Source: Takakia lepidozioides (lineage: Eukaryota > Plantae > Bryophyta). Taken from it: DNA of 64,000 nucleotides. Shown here one piece after another: positions 11,671 to 20,813 of this stretch (within the stretch, counting starts at the first letter, position 1; the number at the start of each line of letters is the position of its first letter). The position numbers and the translations under genes are program-made. The notes under the pieces are model-generated. The model was not told the origin of the DNA. It searched no databases and saw only the letters and a list, made by a program, of their open reading frames with translations. The stretch is taken from NCBI GenBank assembly GCA_030704615.1, contig CM060734.1, positions 5,022,001-5,086,000 of the forward strand, in the 5' to 3' direction.

Positions 11671-11774
11671 CCGCGTCACCACGCGCCCAGAAAGAAGTGG
11701 AGTGTATTCCCGCGGATTGGCACCCTTTACCGCGGAAACAAGCTAGACGACATAATAAAAGGCATTGAATAAAA

Positions 11775-12120
11775 GATGGATGAATGTACAGTTGGATGAT
11801 AAACAGATGGATGAGTGTGAAAAATGAATGTAGATGGATGAATGAGGGATGGATAAGAGTAAAATGGATGAATGTATAATGGATGTTGAGCAATGACAAA
11901 AATTCATGACAAGAAGATGCATGACCAAAACTTTTGACGAATGCACAACGTATATGAAATGAGTGTGGAAGGTTTGTGGGGTGGATTAAAGAGTACAGAG
12001 AATGAATGTACAATGGATGTTGAACAAAGGAAAAAATTCATGAATGGAGCACGCATGAATACACTGTAGATGAATGCACAATGAATATGAGAAGAGTCAG
12101 GGAGGTTTGTGAGATGGATT
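11775..12120. repeat. (GGATGAAT)-rich tract containing a degenerate ~135-bp tandem duplication
   Basis: gaatgta(t/c)aatggatgttga...aaaattcatga...gaatgcacaa...ggtttgtg..tggatt at ~11870 and ~12005. Confidence 0.7.
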
Positions 12121-12579
12121 CATACATATTGCAATTTAAATGAAAGTTGATTCTGTGATTATTATTTGTTCTAAAGGAACAACTACGGTGGAGGAAGGGG
12201 ATTCAACGTTTTCCAGATAGTATGAAAATGAATATTAAAAGAATATAGTTCAGTCTGACTCAGAGTCAGTACAATGTATCCCCGCTTCCTCTGCATCTAA
12301 GTCTATGTATTTTAGAACACCGGATCCACGCTGGATACACCTACGGCTGGCCACTAAAAAGTCAGGGGATAGGGACTCGGCCGCGTGAAGTGCCATTGCT
12401 TCGGCATAAACAGGAAGCAGAAAATTGGAAAGGGGGCTGTCGAAAACAGACTCGCCAGAAATGACTATATCTCCTGAAGATCCACCGCTACCTTTCCTGA
12501 AAGACAGCCTGAAAAAGTTATTACTGTAACTTTGATGTTATTGAGAAATTGAGTATGGCTCCCAAAGAGGGTTTAGCAC

Positions 12580-13460
12580 TTACTCACATGAAAAGTCGTT
12601 GTCGACCTGCTTATCTTCGGGATCGTCATCATTTTGAATTTGAATCCGATCAGTCTGTGTGCCTGAAGTGGAGCCAGACAAAAGGGGGAGGAGCACTGTG
12701 TTGTAGAGGTCAGAATCACCCTCCATGCCAAAAAGGCTTCTTCCGCCTGCCTTGCATGCATGGTAAGTTGCTCCTGCACCACACAGGAGGACATGAACAA
12801 TTTGGTGGGGGGGATTTAAGCAGATGAAACTGTTGAAAGAAAACCAATTCGGAAGGGAAAGAACAAACCTGTGGACACAGAAAGATCGACCACCCGTGCA
12901 GAGCGGTGGCTGCATGACTCCAGCAGTATTTGCATGAATGCTGGGGACTTTTCCTTTGCACCTCTCCAGGGAGAGCCATCTGGTCTCTTCAGAGTCTGAC
13001 TGTACTGCATGAAGTTGTACAAAATGTCATCGACATGGGGCTCATAGGGGGGGTTGACGAAACAACCCTGGTCAGAAATCTCAAAGCTGCGGATGGAGGA
13101 TGGTGTCTTTGAGGTGCGAATCCTCCGCAGGCAGATCGCCTCGAACATCCTCGTCTGCCAAAGATAGCAGGTTAGTGTGGTAAACACAATCTATAGTGGA
13201 AGTGTGTACATCGGCTATTCAGAACTCAGACACAAAAAAATCATTTTTATCACGAATCGGTGATGATCGTTGTCGATCATAACAGATTATACTAGAGTGG
13301 AGCTGTAGAGAACATTGAAACTCATCATGAAAGCACAAGCAGAAGGGAGACGACATACCAGCTTCTGGCACAGCCCGGCCATCCGGAATGTCGAGAATGA
13401 CAATGTCGGCCGCATAAGTTTTCTGCACACCGCACACGAAGGTGGGTCCTGTGCTCACCT
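12580..13460 (-). pseudogene. N6_N4_Mtase-like (beta-class) methyltransferase exons of the above gene
   Basis: Motif IV-like DIVILDIPDG (cf. DLIxTDPPY) precedes motif X-I-II-like EKSPAFMQILLESCS...VVDLSVSTGATYHAC...GRSLFGMEGDSDLY (cf. KP..L...LI...S..GD.VLDPF.GSGTT..A....R...G.E). This is the beta-class motif order. Confidence 0.72.
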
Positions 13461-14339
13461 GCAACAGACATGTTTTTTATAAGAACGAAAGCAAGAATGT
13501 TTTCAAAGAACGAGACTGAAATACTGCCAACGAAACTTTTAGAGGAAAATGAAAGAAACTAGAATTCTCACCAGATTGAGGAATGAGATTATATTGTCCC
13601 AGGTAGGCGATGGCACCCCAGTGTATCCTCTCTTTCGACTCTGCATCATCGACAGCCAACCCTCATTAACAATTTTCATCTCTCCTGCCGAATCAGAACG
13701 GGAAGGGTGTGGCTTGGCATCGAACACGCACTGAACAGTGCGGGTATATCTTCCAGCAGTAAAGTCCTGCCCACTCTCCATCTCCTTTTCTTTCTCCTTC
13801 CCCTTGTCATTTTCCTTCTCTTTGGACTTATCTTTGTCCTTTGGCTTTGCTGGTGAGATGGCTATGACATCAACAGCCTTGTCTTTTGGTTTGCGGCCCG
13901 CCTTCTTTCCCTTCCGCGGCGTTCCCTGAGCATCAGGCTCCTTGGCAGCCAATGTTTCTATGTTTCGTTGGTACTCTTCGTCAGTCAAAGGCGCCAGCAT
14001 CTCAGCGTTATTGTTCAAGTATTTCATGTGTTGTTCTTGAAAGGTCGTGTGCTCCGGTGGGCAGTCAAGGTACCACCCACAGTCTCTGAAGTGAGAAGGA
14101 CTCCAGTCCTTCAATATCCCTGCAGTATACATGGTTGGATCGTTTGTAGGGTCCGACCACATGTCAAGATAGTCTGGAATTCCGCTCAGGTGATTTCCTT
14201 CCATAAGCACATATTTCGTGTACTTGAAAAAAAAAGATAAATCCCAACCCACAAAAGCGCTCAGTGAGTAAGATGCAAGTAGAACAAAATGAAAAAAACA
14301 TAGATTGAAATGGCTCTGAGAACTGCTCCAAGGACCTTT

Positions 14340-15110
14340 CAGGACCACACGAATGCTCCAGATGTGAATGTCGTCAACGCCATTCAAAACATTCCATTCA
14401 ATGATACTGTAAATACACCCTAATCCAGGTGAATGCAAACTATCGTTTTGGAATGACACAGACATAGAAGTGAATGTCGTCAACGACATTCACTAATCAA
14501 GCCTAATTATTCCTCAAATGAAGCAAAATCACAGGATGGAAATCATAAACTTGAGTAAGGAACCCTCCATGAAAACTCAATGCACATTCATAACGAACAT
14601 ATCACTGAGGACCTCACAACAACACTGTATGTGAATGGCGTCAACGCCATTCACAAAAATACCAACAAGGAACCAATTACTTAGCTCCCAATCCATGTAA
14701 ATTCAAATTGTCGCTGTTGAATAATACAGACACAGAAGTGAATGTCGACAACAACATTCACTTTGGATTTCTCATAACAGAGCTTATCAAGCCTCCAGAT
14801 TCCTCGCAAGAGGCAAAAACAATGCAGAACAACTGAATGTCTGCATTGACATTCAACAATATGAAGTGAGGAACCCTCACTGTAACCTCTATGGACATTA
14901 CAAAAATTTACATAACTCTGAGGACCTCTCAACAACTCCGGATGTGAATGTCGTCAACGCCATTCAAGGACATTATCAATTCTAATAAGGGACACTATAA
15001 TTACACCCTTAGATCCTAACCAGGTGAATTCATATACTCGCTTAAGAATGACTCAGACAAAGAAGTGAATGTCGTCAACGACATTCAATCTGGATCTATG
15101 ATTGCAATCC
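14340..15110. repeat. Intronic degenerate ~270-310 bp tandem repeat (about 3 units) carrying seven 22-24 bp palindromes
   Basis: (G)TGAATG(T/G)CGTCAACG(A/C)CATTCA(C) at 14365, 14470, 14631, 14945 and 15066, with variants at 14738 and 14834. Units start with aggacc at ~14341, ~14608 and ~14921. Confidence 0.9.
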
Positions 15111-16277
15111 TTATGAAGCCACATTTTTTCCCAAAAAAAGCAGTAGAGTTTCAAGTATGACATTGCACCTGTACACAACTCGCATCATGGCCCACTCTCC
15201 TCCAACCTGACTGTCAAAGTCGTTGGACTGTAAAATGTTACCATCTTTGGAGAACTCCCGGAAAAAACAGTATCTCCAGGTAAGACCTCTCCACTTCCTT
15301 ATGTATGCCTCCAATGACATTTGGGGAGGGGAAACAATCGAAATGTTCAGGTCCTTCAAAGTCTGATCCAGCACAATGACGACGCGCTTTTCGAGCTGCA
15401 AATAGTATATTTGTCAGAATTGCAAATAAGATACTCATCACATACTTTAAGAGAAGAAAACGGCATGTTTGAATACACACCTGACTCCAAAATGTAGCCT
15501 TGTGGAGCCAGTTATCAAACACCAAATCACTGATTCCTTCCACCTTTGTGCCAGGCTGTATGGTGCTCTTTAAGTCCTTTACTGTTTGATCTGAGTTCCA
15601 TATCTCCAGCCACCTTATTTTTGTTTTTGGGTCGACCATCGATATGGCCAGCCGGTGCAATTTCTCCTGCTGCATCTCCGGATGCACATGCTTGTCATAG
15701 TGTGTTTTGATCTGCTGAAGGAACTCAGGACCAAGTCCAAGATCTACTATTCTAAGCTGCTTTCCGAAGGCGGACATCAATTTGGTTCTTCGCATTTCAA
15801 ACTCCTTCTTTATTGCAGCTTCCACACCCTTTGATGTCCTTAGTTCCTCTGGTGTAGTGCGGTAATATTCGGATTTTCCCTTCTCAGCTGCCTCTGCCAG
15901 TTCTTGCTGCATTGATTCAAGTAGTGATTAGCTCCGAAGGGACTACAAACATGTATTCGAAAAGTAAACAGAGTACAGACTCGGGCTTACCGCATACATG
16001 TACTCCAGAAACGCCTCTCGTGTCAAAGAATACCAAGTGCCTGCAGCTCTTTCTGTTTCGCACTTCTTAATGATATTGGGTGGTAGTACTGTCCGAAAAT
16101 CATCCAACTTCATCAGACCAATCCTCTGAATTCGGAATAGTGTGTGAACCAAGCTTGTTGTCACATGCGATTTCTCTGTCGATGTGCAAAAACATTGGAA
16201 ACATTGCATTCCTTAACACTGTTTTTTGAGGATTAATAAGACACTACAGAGGGAATGAAATCTCCTGGATGACTTAC

Positions 16278-16941
16278 TTGTTCACGTCGTGCATAGCTGT
16301 AAGAAGCCTAGCGATGTCGTTTCCAGGATCCAAAACCATTGCCTCCACAGCAACATGCTTGTCTTTGTCTTTCGCATGGTGTTTCTGAATGTATCTCATC
16401 CATGCCAGCAATCGGTGGTTGCTGTCCCAGACGTAGAACATGTGGTTGCAGAATTGTTGGGTGTTCTTTCCCATCATGAGGCCCAGCTCGAACTCCTCAT
16501 TGGCATCTTTCTAGCACTCATCCCAGTTATCACTGATCTCTGGAGACACTAATGTGCTTTTCCCATTTATATCCGTCAGTGACACATAAAAAACTTGTGC
16601 ACCAAGTCTATATCCATGCACAAAATCACTCTCCAATTTTGTTATGTCATGGGAAAGAGGTGGACGCACAACAGGCATTGATATCATCCGGCACAGAGGG
16701 ATGTCCAGACGCCCTCCAGATACGAGCATGTCCCTTATAACCTCCTGAGAGTTTACCTTCTAGAATGACATGAGTTCTTTCACCTTGTCAAGGTAGTGCA
16801 CTTCAGATTCATCTGCTTCATCTGTATTCTCTGAGCTTTTTGCGGACTCGTCCCCATCTCCAGATCCTTTCCCCTCTGATCTTGTAGGCTTCGACCTCAC
16901 AGTTTTCTGCACGATGCCATTCAGTTCTGACTGAGTAATTT
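16278..16941 (-). pseudogene. ParB/sulfiredoxin-like domain exon with two in-frame TAG stops
   Basis: ORFs 16760-16972, 16511-16729 and 16274-16477 share one frame: LDIPLCRMISMPVVRPPLSHDITKLESDFVHGY...MFYVWDSNHRLLAWMRYI...VEAMVLD (cf. the ParB DGxHRxxA motif). GTAAGT donor after DVNK. Confidence 0.72.
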
Positions 16942-17076
16942 GCAAATAGTAAATGGCGGTAATGACCATCACTTTGTCTCAAAGAAACTCACTATGAATG
17001 GTGTGAAACAATTCAGCACAATCTACACAAGCAAAGCTGATACTGCCGTATTCAAAACAAAAGCGAGAGCGATAGC

Positions 17077-17472
17077 GAACGGCGTTAACGACAATCACAA
17101 AAGATAACAACCTGCCGGATTGGTGTTGTGTAATGACATCTATGTGCAAGTGATTGGCGACAACGACATTCAGTATAGTTTAGGGCGGATAGTAAGTACA
17201 GATTATTCAGATTGACTTCACTGTGATTACCGTCGCCAGCATGGGAAGAGGAAGGACTGCTTGAAAGGCAATCAGACGGACTGTATGGTCTGAACAACGA
17301 TGATTGACGGTATGCCGACCCTCACTCTCTCTTCAAACACATAGGTACATAAATCTCATGAGGAGAATCGAATGGCGTTAACGACGCTCGCAATTCAGTA
17401 GTTCCTGCTAAAGAAGGGAAGAGGAAGGACTCCTTGAAAGGCAATCAGACAGACTGTATGATCTGAACAACA
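17077..17472. repeat. Intronic ~56-bp direct repeat plus three degenerate copies of the 14.4-15.1 kb palindrome
   Basis: gggaagaggaaggact.cttgaaaggcaatcagac.gactgtatg.tctgaacaac at ~17243 and ~17416. GAACGGCGTTAACGACAATC at 17077, TGATTGGCGACAACGACATTCA at 17151 and GAATGGCGTTAACGACGCTC at 17370. Confidence 0.7.
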
Positions 17473-18789
17473 GTGAATGATTGTACCGATAGTCACCCAC
17501 TCATTGTGCGGTAAACCCTTAGCAGAGGAGTAGAAAGCAAATCACCTTTGTGATGGTCGGTAGCGACAATCCCTGTCTGGGACATTCCACTCAATCTCTA
17601 CGCATATCTTCAACAATGAAATGTAAGTTAGATAAAACTTACTGGCGCCTTCTTAGGTTTTGAAATTGGATCCCCTTCTGCAGCTTTCCTCTTCCCTCTC
17701 ATATCTGCTGGAATTTATGTCTGCTCTAGGGTTTCTGGACCTTCTCCCGGTTCGGCGTTCCGTGTGCTTCCACCTCCTTCAGTGTCCCTGCGAATCATCT
17801 CTGCCTCCACAGGCTGGCGCACTCTTATCGCCGACTGTGTCACAGCCGCTGCCTCAGTCTCCGTCTGCTCTTCTGAATCAGTCTTCGCGTTCACCTGCTG
17901 CCTTGGCCCTGTGTTCTCCAACAAAACGACGTCTCGTCATTTGCTCTCTTGTTTTGCGTCTCTCTCTAAGGGAAGTAAAATAAAGAAACTTTCTTCTCTT
18001 TCGTATTGTAGAAGGAACCCTCTCCAGCTTGACTACCACTCTCTCTCTAAGCGCGAAAAAACGCAGTGAGTCCCGATTTCTTGCGGAATTGCCTGCGTTG
18101 TTGCGTGTCTCTAGAAGCATCGGATTCCCTCTCGCGTGACCGTTACACATAGTCGTTCCCTTATTAGTGCACATGCCAGCAATTGGTGTACAGCTGTTTG
18201 TATTCAGTTATGGATGTCTGACGTGTGTCGCCCAAAATAAACGGCGTGTTCTTTATTAGAATGGTTTCAATATTTAAAAATAACAGCGAATCCCAGAAAT
18301 CTTGGCGCACAGTCTTACACAAATAAATGTAAATGAACGAGAGTTTGATGACAAATCTTGGAATATCATACACGGTCATCATTGTTAGCCAAACCCCACA
18401 TTCGTTTCACATTTGGAACTTTCCAGGTGCGCATGATCATTGGTAGTAGTATAAAGATACATTTACTTAATCTGCAATCCCATCCTCAGATCCCGTGGCA
18501 TGCTTCCAGGAAGTCGGCTTTGTTATTGGGTTTATTGATGAGGTTCTGGTTAACGGTTTAACAGCTGCCGACACTGCTCCTAGGGATACTCTGACCACTG
18601 GGCCCACAAGAAAAGTAATTAAAATGGACGGCTGCATATCTGGAAAGAATAACATAATATGCACAGTCGTTGTCTGAGCTTCCTCCGCCATATTCTCTGC
18701 TCATTCTTCAACTGTGTTCTGGAGACATCACTAAACCGATTTACACTAGATCTGCAATAGCAAGGTACAAACGTACGCGAGGAAGGAAG

Positions 18790-20055
18790 ATGGCTTCCTC
18801 TGAAGCGGAGTTCTTCTCTGACGACAAACCAGTGCCGTTCTCCCAGGAAGTCCTTGACAATGGATTTGCAATTGTTCTGGAACATGTCTTGGCTACCCGT
18901 TTTCAGTTGCAGAATGGCTCCATCTTTTTGGAGAAAGAGGTGTACGATCTTAAAGGGAAGTTGTTGAAATACTCTTTCCAAAACCGTGATGAGACGGCTC
19001 ATATCAGCCAGTGGAGAGTGCGTCATGGTCGATACAGAGTACTTGGAGAGCCTCGGCGAAAGTCCCTTGGGTCATATGTGACGCCCGGGACTGCTGCTTC
19101 GGTCGTTGAAGACAAGAGGGAGGTGGTGGTGAAAAAAGAACAGACGTCCTCCACTCCAATCGTTGAGCTTTCGGATTCTTCCGATGATGACATAAGTGAA
19201 ATTCCAAATCCAGTCCTTCCTACTGTGGTTGGAGAAGCTGATGAAGAAGAGATTTGTAGTGTCATTCCAAAATTGCGGGCGATGGGAGGAATGGCTGGAT
19301 TCAAAAGTGAGTTGCGGGGAATTGGTTGGGAATCTTTGAAGTAGGTGCCTGTGAAGTTCTTGCCAGAGACTTTTGATGGCGATATCCTATTCGAGCTGCC
19401 TCCTCCTCCGCGAGTTGGAGGTGTAACAATCATGATGCATGGAATGGACAAGAAACACGACGGGCACCCGTGGTGCAGAACAAAAACATCCAATATTCAG
19501 AATGATGACAAACTTGTTTTCAGGAGGACGGTTTGCAATGGACACCTTAGGTGTGATAATTTGAATTGCAGACACTTTCTTCAGTCTGGGGTTCATAATC
19601 AAAGCGAATGGGAGGGTCTGGCGGAAAATCCATTTCAGCCTGGGACTGCCCCTCCACCGGCAAACACTTTCGTCTACAAATTCTGCAAACTTGTGCCATC
19701 CTGCTTGGCCCTCTGCGGAGCAAGAATGTACTATGTTGTCCACCGTTTGAAAACAATGACAAGAGCTTGTGTGCATTTTGGATTCCATAACCATCCTGTC
19801 TCGAAGGGGGATTACACGGAGAGTGTTGAGACAGTATCGAGGTTGATTAAACAGGAGTTCGGGAGAAACCCATCCGCAACAACATGTGCAATTGCTCTTG
19901 GCGCAAGCAAGTCCTTCTTGGAAAGCCATATTTTGAGTGAAGGGGATTCTGTGGGGACTAAACTTGACGGTGCAGCATTGGACCTGGTCATGGATCATTT
20001 CTCCACTTTAAGTTCACCGAACATTCGGCATCAGATCAATGCATTGAGAATGGGC
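18790..20055 (+). pseudogene. GCM/WRKY-fold-like Zn-binding protein (transposon-associated type), with an in-frame TAG at 19342-19344 and apparently truncated at the 3' end
   Basis: ORFs 18670-19344 and 19345-20154 are contiguous in frame. GHPWCRTKTSN...FRRTVCNGHLRCDNLNC...(Y)KFC...CLALCGARMYY...RACVHFGFHNHPV matches the GCM-type W..T...C.G...C...C...C..C...G.H.HP pattern. Confidence 0.65.
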
Positions 20056-20201
20056 TCGGAGTTTCCGCCTCGGATAGCGAAGGGATGGGTGAGTAAAAGC
20101 CGCGCGACATTTGGCGACCATACTGGGGACCTGGGCGTGAACAACCAGATGTAACAGGCATCTGGTGGGATCATGGTGGTTGGACCATTAAAGAATTTGA
20201 A

Positions 20202-20636
20202 GTGAATCAAATTCCCTGTGGAACGAAGGAAGAAAGATTGTCCAAACGATTCTTTCAAAGGTTCTTGGAATTGCCAGACGGTTGTAAAGAAAATATTCTT
20301 AAACGAGTGCATGATGCTGATCCAGAATGGGGTCTGGAGAAAGGAGTGATAAAGATTTATCAGGTAGCTTGTAGAGGAAGAGCACGTTGGTTACCAACAT
20401 TGGTTTATGTGATAGCATTGCTATCCATTAAACGAGTAGAGTTTGAAGGCTGGGAAGAAAGAAAGGTGAATGTTTATACTCATATGCATCAAGAGCTTGT
20501 ACTGGTAAAGAATTGGATTCCAAAGGATATTTTGTGGATCAAACTCACACCAAGAACAGCTTTTCAGACTTGTTTGCCATATGGTTATATGGTAACAGAG
20601 ACTTCAAGTATAGTCAAAGGGTGCATTGAAGCTTGA
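20202..20636 (+). other. Purine-rich ORF of unknown nature, probably an unrelated TE fragment
   Basis: 144-aa ORF with coding-like composition between the truncated GCM gene and the array. No motif recognised. Confidence 0.25.
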
Positions 20637-20813
20637 AAGAACCCAGGGCATATACGAGAGATATTACAGAAAAGAGTTTTGGTTATTGCCACATTAAAAA
20701 GAATGAAAGACATGGGACATGAGTGATGAAAGAGAAGCTAGACGACAGAGATATTCAGCAAAAAGAGAAAGCTATCTGAAAGCTAATTATCCATATCTTT
20801 GGGAGAGAGGAAT

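Larger units (their letters stand above)
12250..17940 (-). pseudogene. Multi-exon gene: N-terminal NLS-like segment, ParB/Srx-like domain, helical/unknown middle region, C-terminal beta-class DNA amino-methyltransferase-like domain; decayed
   Basis: Mostly GT-AG bounded exons at approximately 17940-17643, 16941-16278, 16182-15991, 15912-15481, 15396-15168, 14223-13572, 13460-13359, 13154-12869, 12774-12585 and 12507-12250. Motifs KRKAAEGDPISKPKK, FYVWDSNHRLLAW, DIVILDIPDG, WRGAKEKSPAF and VVDLSVST|GATYHACKAGGRSLFGMEGD. Exon limits are approximate. Confidence 0.72.
10315..20055. mobile_element. Putative large DNA element or nested elements: tyrosine recombinase, ParB-MTase and GCM-like gene
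   Basis: Three mobile-element-type genes co-located with hairpin motif clusters. Boundaries and single-element status are inferred, and no TSD or right end was identified. Confidence 0.45.

Noticed and set aside
11610-11720. Plant histone-type promoter (CCACGTCA hexamers plus a CGCGGAT octamer-like motif)
   Set aside because: The motifs lie between two convergent 3' ends, lack the canonical spacing, and no histone gene is nearby.
14225-14489. N-terminal part of the 316-aa ORF 13539-14489 as real protein
   Set aside because: It runs through the palindrome repeat and a polypyrimidine acceptor. Homology to the 9.1-kb paralogue starts only at YTKY (~14223).
14365-15087. CRISPR array (palindromic repeats separated by spacers)
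   Set aside because: Spacers are long (~75-140 bp), unequal and partly homologous to one another. The array is in a spliceosomal intron and there are no cas genes.
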